Part shown: in pieces, positions 38,504 through 49,949 of the stretch
How the letters are laid out: each line of letters opens with the position of its first letter
How positions within the stretch are numbered: position 1 is the first letter of the stretch
Source: Narcine bancroftii
Taxonomy: Eukaryota
NCBI RefSeq assembly: GCF_036971445.1
Contig: NC_091469.1
Span: 446,834,001 to 446,898,000, forward strand
Reading direction: 5' to 3'
Length of the DNA: 64,000 nt
The notes under the pieces: generated by a model
Database searches by the model: none
Seen by the model: the letters and a program-made list of their open reading frames with translations, nothing else
Told to the model about the DNA's origin: nothing
Program-made: the position numbers and the translations under genes

Positions 38504-40001
38504 AATGTAATTAATGGTTTTGAAAACAGATGATTTTGTCACATTATATGGAAGAATTACCTCTTCTTTTCCTTTTTTGCTTTTCCTTTGGAAGAGGGGG
38601 TCTTTCTCTTCATTTTTGTTTCCTACTTTTCTTTTAAGGACCGCCTTGGTGCGTAAATTTGCATTTATAAGTAATAGGGCAGCATTTAATAATTGTGATA
38701 ATGTGTTGATTCTTCCTTCTTTGTATAATCATCATGTAGTTCGGTTTTGGTATTTTATTGTATATATCTGTAATGTTTCTTTAATTTTGTTTGTTTTGTA
38801 ACTTCATGCAGATTGAAACTTTGTTTTAAATTTTTTAAGAAATAGACACGTGAGACCTTTTTCACCACCATCTGGGATCAATGACTTTGCTTTATTGGCT
38901 AATCTGAAAGTCAAGCCTAGTACTCCTGAGACTGGAAATTCAATGGTTCTTTCTTAATCAACAGTTCATTTTCTTCTCCTTTTCTAGATTGAGAAACCAA
39001 TCAAAATTCAATGCCAACCTACACATCATGGCAATTATAAATGTAATTTTGCAATTCAGACAGATTCACCTTCAAAATATTAAAGTTTACAGATGAATTT
39101 AACAGACATATTTAGAGAGACAGTACAGTTACAGGCCCTTTTGCCTTTGAACCCATGCCGACCCCAATACATCCATGTGACCAATTATCTACTTAACTCC
39201 ATGCGTCTTTTGAACATGGGAGAAAAACAGAACAACTTTCAAACTCATTCAGAGAGCAGCGGGTTGAAACCTGGGTCACTGGGGCACTGTAATAGTGTTT
39301 CATTAACCATAAAAGAACTGGACAATCCAAATTAATGAATTGCCATCAGGTTAACTTAAACAAATACATTGAGAACCTGCTTTATTTTATGGTTACATCC
39401 ATCAAGTGAAATGATCTGTCTGCTAAATACACCTTGATTTACCAACATACAATTATTGGGCAGAAAAAACAGTACTTTTCAGAGTTAGTTTCTGCAAATA
39501 TTAGCTTGCTTTTCAAACACTAGTAGATATGCTCCATAATTTGTTTCCAGGAAGTTTTAATATTCAAGGTTTCCGTAATTGTATTTAAATTGAAGATGTT
39601 CACAAATCTAGGGTTGGCTTTGTTACATTCACTAAAAATCTGATTTTAGCATCTAAATCACTGAAAATATAAAAAGCTTAAAAATGCTGCATGCTGTAAC
39701 CAAATGAACCTCGAAATGGGCAAAATACTTGAAATGTTTCTTTATAAAACTAGGATATATATGAATATTATACAATGTTATTATACATTATTTTTCAATC
39801 TGTAAAACACCTATTAATATCTTAACAGCATAAGAAGAAATGCAGCAATAACCCATTAAGCTGCTTGTGTCATTTTCCCATCCAATAAATTTACACATGC
39901 CTTTTATCTGAGAACTACTTTCCAGTACTAACCACAAGGTCAAAAGGCAATTTTACTTAATGTGTAGCTTACAGTATTTAAGTTTAATATACAGTACTTA
40001 C

Positions 40002-40174
40002 AAAAGTTTCATAGAAGAAATACTTTTTGATCAGTCCATAGCTTGCTAAGTATGTGTAGAATTTCTTCTGAGTGACGTTAGGAGGACAACTAATCAAAAT
40101 AGTATGTTCTGCTTGTTCATGCCTTGCTGCTTGCACCGCTGAGAAAGACTTTGCAATAGTGTTCTCATGTAAAT
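40002..40174 (-). CDS. MTPAP: MTPAP coding exon 2
   Basis: tttccag|...ARHEQAEHTILISCPP...YLASYGLIKKYFFYETF|gtaagt. Matches human RREQAQRTVLIHCP...FFYESF. 173 nt; not in the ORF track. Confidence 0.93.
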
Positions 40175-40428
40175 CTGGAAATAAAAAGTTGAGAAGTGCT
40201 CAAAATGAAATAGAGCAAACAATTTTGGTGAACATGGGATAAACTGCTCACAGCAAAACAACATACGAACAAGAGTATCGGCATCAACCAGCTAAAAGGT
40301 TAAAACACAAACAAAATGAATGGCTGTTGTTAATTGGTTTGTGTGTTTGAGTCATTAAAACATTCAATCATTCTTAAAATTTATGAATATTTAATTAACA
40401 CAACTAAAACTTAAAGGCATTCTTAAAC

Positions 40429-43400
40429 TGTGAAGGCCCTCTACCTGGCAGGAATTCCAACACAAAAGATGGTATGCGAATGTGGCAATCCTGCCAGAGC
40501 CATGCCGGCTAAATGGGTTTTCTTCACAAGCTACAGGCTGCACGGTGGGAAACAGCGAGCACTGGCGGAAACACCAGCCTATCTGCGGCCGGCAAGCCAG
40601 TGACTTAATTTCCGCCGGAAGCGGCATGACAACCAGGCCAAGCAGGCCTATGTAAAGGCAGGGCTAACCGTCAATAAATCAGTATCAACTGTACTCACTT
40701 CTTGCATTCACAACCCTGCCGTAGCTTGAGCTACATTGGTGACCCTGACTGGTCCAAGTGGCGCCTTGGACCAAACAATTTCACTGAAACTGCTGGCATT
40801 CTGGACTTTGCAGCCACTGGTAGGGTTCGAACAGGCCGTGGCACAGTTCCAGATTTGACAGATCACAGCCGATGCCAAGAGGTATTATTACATGGTTAGC
40901 TCGCTTGACCAGGACACAGCCACCAAGGTTATTGATTTCCTCTGGCAACCTCCAGAGCAGGGCAAATAACCTATTAACCTGAACTTTCAAGCTCTCAAAA
41001 TGCCAGTGCACAGCCCGACTGTTACACATGGACGTTTTGGGGGACAAGGCCCCTTCTGTTTTCATGAATGTTAGTGTTAACCATGAGTCTTGCCTGCTCT
41101 TTGACCAGATCCTCCTGGAGCGACTACCAGAGGATATCTGTCTGCTGCTCAATGAGGACTTCAGTGACCCCAGAAAGCGGATATCCTCTGGGGAGCGAAG
41201 AGAGATTCCAACAACGTGGTAGACCAAGTCGCATGCCTCATGTGCAGTGGGCAACTAGATAGCCACAGGTGACCAGCAGGCCAATGGACCCCCCCTCCCC
41301 CACAGTGACCAGTACCGTTTCTATCACCAACGGTGGGGTTTGGAGGCTTGTCGATGCCACACTCCCTGCGCGTTTCATGGAAACGCCATGGCTGACCATC
41401 GCGAGTGGCTGAGGCAGCTGGCCAACGAGACAGCCTTCTCCACATGTGGAATTCCTATCAGGGCGATGGTTCCTCGTCGACACCGGGGCCTAAATCAGCA
41501 TCCTGCCAACCTCAGCTCACAGCACCCACAATGGGAAACTGGGCCTAGCCCTGAGGGCTGCAAACAATTCCAACATTCAAACATTCGGCACCTGCACCAC
41601 TCCACTTTACTTTGGGAACAACTGGTTCACCTGGGCAGCAGTGCAACAACCACTCCTGAGGGCAGATTTTCTCAGGGCTCATTGTTTATTGGTGGACCTC
41701 AAAGGGCAGAAGTTAGTGCATGCCAAAACTTTCCCGATCTTCCCCCTAGGGGAAGCCAAGATACCTGCCACCCAGCCACCCCTCTTCCCCCCCCCCCCCC
41801 CCCACAATCTGTCACTGCTAACCATAACGCACACATCCTGGCAGAATTCCCTTTCATTCTGGTACCACTGTTTACCTCAAAAGAACACAAAACACAGGAT
41901 ATGGCACCACATCCTCACTAAGGTCACCCCCCCCCCCTTTACAAGCCAGGGCACACCCCCTCCCCCCCACAAATGAGTTCAGGAAGATGGAAGAGCTGGG
42001 AATAGTGTTGCTGTCCGACAGTCCCTGGGCATCCCCCTGCACATGGTACAGAAGGCGGCAGGAGGATGGAGGCCACCTCAATGAGGCCACCACACTAGAC
42101 AGGTATCCAGTGCCCCACATTCAGGACTTTACGGCGAACCTACAGGGGACACGGATATTCCCCAAGGATAAACTCATCAGGGGCTATCACCAATTCCTGG
42201 TCCACCCAGAGGACATTGCTAAAACCGCCATTATCACACCCTTTGGTTTGTTGATTCCTTAGGATGCTTTTTGTGCTTAAAAACGTGGCTCAGACATGCC
42301 AAAGGCTGATAGACACAGTGGGCCAGGATCTCAAGTTTACGTTCATTTACTTGGACCACATTCTGGTAGACATCCGCAACCACCAAGAATACATGGCCCT
42401 CATAAGATAGCTATGCACCTAGCTCAGCATGTTTGGTTTGACCATCAACCCAGCCAAATGCCAGTTGAGGCGAGAGACAATAGACTTCCTGTGCCACAGA
42501 ATCAATAGACACGGGGCGACACCTCTGCCCAAAAAGGTAGAGGCCATCGGGCATTTCACCAAGCCACATATGACAATTTGACTAGCAAGCCTCGCTACCA
42601 TGGTTCAGGCAGCATGAAGATGACCAAAGTTCAACGCCATGCACAATCTGGCAAACCTGGCCATCAGGACCACTGCCAAGATGCTAGCAAGCAGATTTGT
42701 TTGGCATTGCCTCTGCCAGCAGGTCAGCCAATGGGCCAGAATTTACAATCATTGCCAGTCATCAAAGATACAGACGCACATCAAGGCATCTACCCCCCTC
42801 CCCCCAGCCACTCGACTTGGGACAACGACAATTCAGTCATGTGCACATAGACATTGTGGGACCCTGTCAGTGACACAGGGTACCTGTTGATGATGGTGGA
42901 CTGACTCACACGGTGGCTGGAGGCAATCCCACTGGCGGAAACCTCAACAGAGGCCTTCTCCAGAGCCCTAATAAACACATGGGTGGCTCGGTTCAGAGTT
43001 TCAGAGCACATGACATCAGACAGGGGTGCACAACTCGACCACACTACAGCATACCATCCCCAGGCCAACGAGTTGGTGGAGAGGTTCCACAGGCACCTTA
43101 AAAAGGCCCTAATGGCCTGACTCAGAGGTCCAAACTGGGTCAATGAATTGCCTTAGGTCATCCTTGGCATTCACTCTGCATCAAAGGAAGACTTCAATGC
43201 TTCAGCAGTGGAGATAGTGTATGGAGCACCCCAGTCATCCCTGGGGAATTCCCGGCTGCCACCAGGGAAATGGACGAACCACCAGAAGAAGCAAGAGACA
43301 CTGAGGGAACGACTGGGCATGCTGGCCCCAACACAACCCTCATCGTCCGGCCAGGCCAAGACATTCATCCCTAATGACCTGAGAAGCTGCACATACATCT

Positions 43401-43955
43401 TTGTGCAATGAGGGGCACACTGGGGGTCACTACATAGGCCATACAAATGGCCCTACTGGGTGGTCAGGCATAACATCGGTGGTGAGGAGGAAACATTTAC
43501 TATTGACTGCCTCAAACCAGCACATATGGACACCAGCCAGCCAATCAATCAACCATCACTTCCACGACGTCGAGGCAGGCCGCACAAAACTAAGGACAGT
43601 GCCCGGATCGCCAGTTTTTGGCGGGGAGGGGGATGGATGTTGTCGTGTGATGACCCACTATCCGGCAGCTGTCCCAGCACACAAGATGACATCTGAATAT
43701 GGCGTCATGCAAGGAACATGCTGGCTGAAAGGGCCTTCTTCACGAGCTGCAGGCCATACGGCAGGAAACAGTGAGCATCGGCGGGAATGCCAGCCTATCC
43801 ATGGCCAGCAAGCTGGTAGCGCCATTTCTGCCGGAAGCAGCGTGACAACCAGGCCCAGCAAACCCAGGCAGGGCAAACCATTAATAAATCAGTATCAACT
43901 GTACTCACCTCGTGTAAGTATCTTGTTTTAACGCCCTGCCAGAACACGGGCTACA
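40429..43955 (+). mobile_element. Degenerate Ty3/Gypsy element with both LTRs (MTPAP intron 1, antisense to the gene)
   Basis: LTRs TGTGA...CTACA at 40429-40735 and 43646-43955; PBS TGGTGACCC; PPT near 43623; gag/pro/RT/IN remnants; RNase H apparently deleted; flanks AAAC/AGAC. Confidence 0.88.
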
Positions 43956-45039
43956 AGACAACTCTTTCACCAAACCACAAAGGAGAGCAAATGACCAAAT
44001 ACCAGGACTTAATAGAAGGGTCCTTTGTCAATGTGGTGTTTTCCAATCTCTATCACAGAAAATTACAAGGCCAAATCATGAATGTATTTGAGGAAGTTGA
44101 TACATTTATTGAGGAAGACTACACTGATCAGGAATCAATGCTGATAAATTAACAATTGGAGATTCTCAAGAGGCATGATTTCAAAGAGTGCAATGAGCTT
44201 GTAAATTTGTGGAGCTAAAGGATATTTTAATATAAGTTAGGGGAAAGTCATAACTTTTTATGAAGATGAGAATTTAGTGAAAAATGTTAGAACATGTGGC
44301 TTAGTGAACACAGAGTTTTGCATAAACAAGAGAATTTCATATGTCCAAGGGTCAACTGGGGCAAAATATAGGAGGCAAAAACTTTGATAAAGGTGTCAGC
44401 AGCAAACAAGTTGAGGCTGGATCAAGTGATTCAACTTATCAAAACGTACAGTGTATCATTACCTCCTATGGATGCTGCGAGGCCTCCTGAGTTCCTCCAG
44501 CATTTACTACAATCTCAGAATTTGCAGACTTCCGTCTTTCACTCCTTGAGCAAAAAAATAGACAGGTGTCTGGATAAAAAGTTGGAGGAAGGGGCAGGAG
44601 ATGTAATGCCATTCCACCTCCCCTGCATACCATCCCACTGAAAACTTTCTCTTCTTTTCCATCTCCATCTTGAAAGCTTTTTTTTTAAAATCCCCTCTAA
44701 CTTTTCTCCATTCTGCCAACCTGATGTGTCCTTGGTTTCTTCTGCTATTGCTACCCGGTCTGCTGAGCATTTTTTTCGTGTGTGTGTGTGTGCATAGATT
44801 TCTGACACCCACAATACTCATGCACAAGGTCGGGGGACGGGGACTGGCTCAGGCAAATTTGGAAATGAATGAAGCTATCAAGAGCGAGTAAGCTGATTCT
44901 AGTGTACACTGGGAGGATTGATTTGTTCACTCTCAGGAATCCTCTATCCCAGTCGCCCATTTGTTAAGATGTGACGACTATGGATGTGGGGGCATTTAGG
45001 GACTCCACGAATTTCGTGGGAGGGTAAGGAGGCAGCCCA

Positions 45040-45520
45040 GAGAACGAGTGATGGGCCGGGCTCGAGCTCCCGTGCGGCCTACACCTCCTCTTACTTATTC
45101 CCAGACCCAAGGGATTGTTTTCATCCAAATTCCACGGAGATCCGTCACAAAATTGATGACCGCCGTGTCCTTAACCGTCCAGGGGACTGGCCGGCATTTT
45201 CTTGGCCTTCTCCCTCCCTCCCTCCCTCCCGGACACGGCGTGCGCTTGCTCGCTCCAGGCCCAGGGCGAACCGCGTCCATGATCTGCTCCGCGCTTCACA
45301 GTCACCTGGCTCCTGGCTGCCATCCACCAGTGATGCGACCTCGACCGAACTGCCGCGGCCTCTCCTGTGCGAGCTGCGCGGTCGCAGCTGCCGCCCCGCC
45401 GCCTTGAATCCCCGCAGCCACACGGAGGCCGCCATCTTCACTGGTCCCAGTACGCCTGCGCGGATTCGGTCGGCCCGGCCGGAGGTCCTCCGAGCAGTTG
45501 GGGGTCCCAAGTTCGTCAGA
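45040..45520 (-). promoter_or_regulatory. CpG-island promoter of MTPAP with TISU/YY1 element and NRF1-like site
   Basis: Local GC/CpG enrichment. GAAGATGGCGGC at 45428-45439 matches the TISU consensus SAASATGGCGGC. GCGCAGGCGT at about 45451-45461 is NRF1-like. Confidence 0.7.
45306..45435 (-). CDS. MTPAP: MTPAP coding exon 1 (mitochondrial targeting peptide)
   Basis: ATG at 45435 gives MAASVWLRGFKAAGRQLRPRSSHRRGRG..., Arg-rich and acid-poor. Donor CAG|GTGAC. 130 nt, phase 1, matching exon 2. Lies in a CpG-rich island. Confidence 0.85.
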
Positions 45521-46002
45521 ACTCACCCTGAAAGGGAAGAACATTTATTTTGTTGAAGCACTGGGCCTCTCGAGCCCCCCTTTGCCTGACCTTTTCATCC
45601 TCCTACTCCCTGACCCTGATAAAGTTCAACCTAACTTAATCAAGAAATTATGGCGCAGGATGAAAAGGGAACGTCGAGCGGGACAGCTCAATGAAAAAGT
45701 AAGTTGAGACTGTTTGGGAGAGAGGGCGTCAATCAAACTCCACTCTCTACTCGTTCATGGCATTGGAATGACTTCAAGAGGGTGAACCCTTGCAAGGTGA
45801 CGGGCCGTGATTGTGTCCCTGACAGGGTGCTGACAATCTGTGCAACCAACTGGCTGGAGTGTTCAGGGGCATTTTCAATCTCTCATTGCTGCAGTCATAG
45901 GTTGTCCCACCTATTTCAAAAGGGCGTCAATCTTACTGGCTCCTAAGATGAGTGGAGTGAGCTGCCTCAATGACTCCAGGTTCTATTTATTATCAAAGTA
46001 AT

Positions 46003-46618
46003 CTTTCTTTGGCTTGGCTTCGCGGACGAAGATTTATGGAGGGGGTAAATGTCCACGTCAGCTGCAGGCTCGTTGGTGGCTGACAAGTCCGATGCGGGAC
46101 AGGCAGACACGGTTGCAGGGGGAAATTGGTGGGTTGTGATTGGGTGTTGGGTTTTTCCTCCTTTGCCTTTTGTCAGTGAGGTGGGCTCTGCGGTCTTCTT
46201 CAAAGGAGGTTGCTGCCCGCCAAACTGTGAGGCGCCAAGATGCACGGTTTGAGGCGATATCGGCCCACTGGCGGTGGTCAATGTGGCAGGCACCAAGAGA
46301 TTTCTTTAGGCAGTCCTTGTACCTCTTCTTTGGTGCACCTCTGACAAGGTGGCCAGTGGAGAGCTCGCCATATAACACGATCTTGGGGAGGCGATGGTCC
46401 TCCATTCTGGAGAAGTGACCCACCCAGCGCAGCTGCCATATAACACGATCTTGGGAAGGCGATGGTCCTCCATTCTGGAGAAGTGACCCACCCAGCGCAG
46501 CTGGATCTTCAGCAGCGTGGACTCGATGCTGTCAGCCTCTGCCATCTTGAGTACTTCGATGTTAGGGATGAAGTCGCTCCAATGAATGTTGAAGATGGAG
46601 CGGAGACAACGCTGGTGG
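46003..46618 (-). mobile_element. RTE LINE 3' fragment with internal 68-bp duplication
   Basis: Same family as above. 10-bp TSD TCAAAGTAAT at 45993-46002 and 46619-46628. Confidence 0.9.
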
Positions 46619-47359
46619 TCAAAGTAATAAAGCAGTGTCATATTACATGAAATTTCTTTTTGCCTGCTGCAATTCTTGCCAATGGCATCTTACAGTCTAA
46701 TGCCAGTAGCATTCACATCAACTGTGATGAAATTCTTTGAGAGGTAAAGAACTGGACCCACTGCAATTCACCTACTGCCACAATCACTTCACAGCAGGTG
46801 CAATCTCACTGGCTCTCAACTCAGTCCTGCGTCACCTAGACAACAACAACACATACATCAGGCTGCCTTTCATCGACATCTCAGTTTTCAACACCTCAGA
46901 ACAGGTTAGCAAGCTTCAAAACCTGGCCCTCTGCAGCTCCCTCTGAAACGGGATCCTTGAATTCCTCGTCAGAAGACCACATTCAATACGAATCGGAAAC
47001 AACATCTCTTCTTCACTGACAATAAATACAGGCACACCTCATGGATGCGTGCTTTGCCCACTGCATTGCTGCTCATCACATTGCAGGAAATGAAAGATGG
47101 GTCTGGATACAGTAGTGAATTCAAGCCTTTTGGAATGAAAGTGCCCAATTTAATTGAATGGAAAAACAACGTATAAGAACAGAAAAACATTTATTTAATT
47201 CATTCATAATTTTAGAATATCCTAAGGAGTTTAGTAAACAATTTGCCCACTGTTCTAATGCAGGAATTTGTAATCAGTTAACAAGTAACATAATCCATAG
47301 TAATAGTAGCCAGATAATCTGTTTCATATTCAGATTGGTTGATAAATTTTGGCTAGAAC

Positions 47360-48220
47360 CAAGGTTAAATCCTCTAGCAGGGGTAAGTTGTTTTACACAG
47401 GGAGTAGTGGGTCCCTGGAATGCATTGGCAGGGGGTGGAGGGTGGTTCAATAGGGACATTTAAATTACTTTTAGACAGGCATATGGATGCAAGAAAAATA
47501 GGGAGTAATGGGAAGGTTTCGATTGTGAGTAGATTTATATAGGTTGGCATTACACTGTGGTCTGAAGGGCCTGTACTGTAATGTTTATAAAATAACTTTT
47601 TAGCTATGTTCATTCTTGTGAATGATGCCATGGATGTTGCTGAGACTGGAAGGCTTGAGTTATTGGGAGAGCTTGCTTAAGCTGGGTCTTGAGGAGGTTT
47701 ATAAAATCATGAGGGCCTGGATAAAGTGAATATTCACTTTCTTTGTCCGAGGATAGATAATTCCAGTTCTTGGTTTAAGATGAGTTGGAAAAAATTTAAA
47801 AGGGAGCCAAGGGGGCAACTTTTTCACTCAGAGGATGGTTCGTATCTTAGGCAAGCTGCCAGAGGATACTATAGAAGTGGGTTCAATTTTGATGTTCAAA
47901 AGACATTTGGACATGTTTAGGGATAGGAGGGGTCTGGAAGGATATGGAGTTTATGCAAGCAAATGAGACTAGTCCAGAATGCCAATTTGGTTGGCTTGGC
48001 CAAGTTGGGCCAAAGGATCTGTTCCATGCCATACAAGTCTAGTCAGTGGTAGAAACAGGTAGAATTATGACATTTAAAAGACATTTAGACACATTCATGG
48101 ATAGAAAAGACTAAGGGATGTGGGCCAAATTCAGGCAAAGGGGACAAGCTCAGATGAGCAACTTGGTTGGCATAGACAAATTGGACCGAAGAATCTGTTT
48201 CTATGTTGTATAACTTATGA
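47360..48220 (+). mobile_element. Cluster of CR1 3' fragments
   Basis: Repeated CR1 tail motifs (GAAGGGCCTGT-like). Confidence 0.65.
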
Positions 48221-48893
48221 CTAATATCATAGAGGCATATTGAATGGATCCAAGACATTCTGCTGTGAAATATGCACCAACCAACAGGCACCCATCCAGA
48301 TTAACCCTATATTCCAGGACCAGACCTGTGGCCTTCTACATTGAGGTTATCTAAGTGTTCTTCTAGAAGCTTCTTGCCATCCTGTCATCATTCCAAAAAC
48401 AAGCACTTTGGATAATGGACATCACTGTAATTACCGTGCTTTAGTCTCCAGTATTGGCATAAGACCTTCCAAATCAGAGGCAATTGTGCTACCAAACGAA
48501 CAACAACTGGCAGTGAGTGGCAGCATGAGAAGATGGCCAAGGAGCAAAGTGGAATTCTAGGAATAGAGTTTATAAAAGAAAATGGATATCGTCGCAGGGG
48601 CAGATCGACAAAGTTCACACTTGCCGTTCCTTAGAAATGAGTGTCAGCTGTTACTCAAAGGAGAAAGAGAAGAAGTGCAAGTCTTTGGGAGATTTCAGAG
48701 GTGATAAAGAAATTTAACACCAGAGGAGGGATCTTGCTGAAGCATCCTAAATTTAAATTGCAAGATCCCATGGAAAGGGTGAATATTGTAGATTTGTAGA
48801 TAAATAGAAAGTAATATTAGGGAAACAGAACATAGTCAAAGACAGTCAACAGACAAATTAAGTATGGAAGTGACATTAAGTATGGAAGTGACA

Positions 48894-49848
48894 TTTTTTT
48901 TTATATTTTATTTTGAGAATTTTCAATGAACATGCAATCAAAATGAAGAATAATCAAAAAGTAAAACATCAATATCCATAATATTAACAAAATAATACAA
49001 TTATCGATCCACATGTCAATATTAAAGAAAGTGAGAAAAAAGAAGTCAACATGTGATTCAATTATTGTAAAGAAAAATTCCAATAATACTACAAAAATAC
49101 AAATTCAATGTCCATGTTGAACCAAAGGGAGAAAAAATAAGAGGAACTCTCCCCCCGCACCCCCCAAGAAACAAGAAGAAAGAAGAAAAAGTAAGAGGCT
49201 AGGATAAACCCCGCACTCCCAACAAGGGACAAATAATCTGATTTATCTAGGGTCCTCGGCGCTGCGAGCACAGGGGGGTGAGACAGGAGGAAGGAATCGT
49301 TAAAGATTTACCCCCGATATACCTTAGGTATGAATTCCATATTCTTAAAAATATAACAGGTTATAGGTGTTCTTCTCTAGGGGAACACAATTATCTTCCA
49401 GTAGGCTAAACCTAGTTGGGAATCATATTTGCAAGTAACTGCTATGCATTTCCTGGCCATTGCTAAAGCGAGCTGAACAAATTTTAATTGATATTTTAAC
49501 AACCTCATTTTAGGTCTTGTGTCTTCTAATTCTCCAATAAAAATAATTCAGATGCCTGAGGGTATACCAAATTCCAGTAATTACCCAAATCTTCCCAGAA
49601 AGGCCTCACCTTAGGGTATAACTAGGTTGAATGCAAGAAAGTACCTATTTCTTGACCACATCGAAAACATTGGTCTGATATTTCTGATTTCAATTGATGT
49701 AACTTTTGTAAAGTATAGCTGATGTAAGAAGTTACATTGCACCAGCCAATACCTTACATTAATCATGTTGATCACGCTGGCCTGACATAAGTCGGACCAG
49801 CAAAATGGATCAATTTCTATACCCAAATCTGATTCCCACCTTTGTCTT
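48894..49848 (-). mobile_element. L1 3' fragment (same family as 35.8-36.3 kb)
   Basis: Poly(T) at 48894; reverse-complement similarity to 35800-36330 (GATCCATTTTGCTGGTC). Confidence 0.8.
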
Positions 49849-49949
49849 AAGTAACATGTTCTATTGCCTGTTCTGAATGGTCCAAGAAAAGGTGTTGTTG
49901 AATGCTGTGACTTTTAATGCATTAACTAAAGTTGTTGATTTTGGGTCCA

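Larger units (their letters stand above)
35045..38840 (+). mobile_element. L1 3' portion interrupted by CR1 and RTE insertions
   Basis: ILPKLQHIFQ...GGLKLPDF...YNFLHQLYL.PQ ORF2 C-terminal remnants up to about 36450. A T-rich 3'UTR-like tail resumes after 38510. Confidence 0.75.

Noticed and set aside
44984-45556. 190-aa plus-strand ORF over the MTPAP promoter
   Set aside because: Non-ATG start and no recognisable domain; a stop-poor shadow of the GC-rich island antisense to exon 1.
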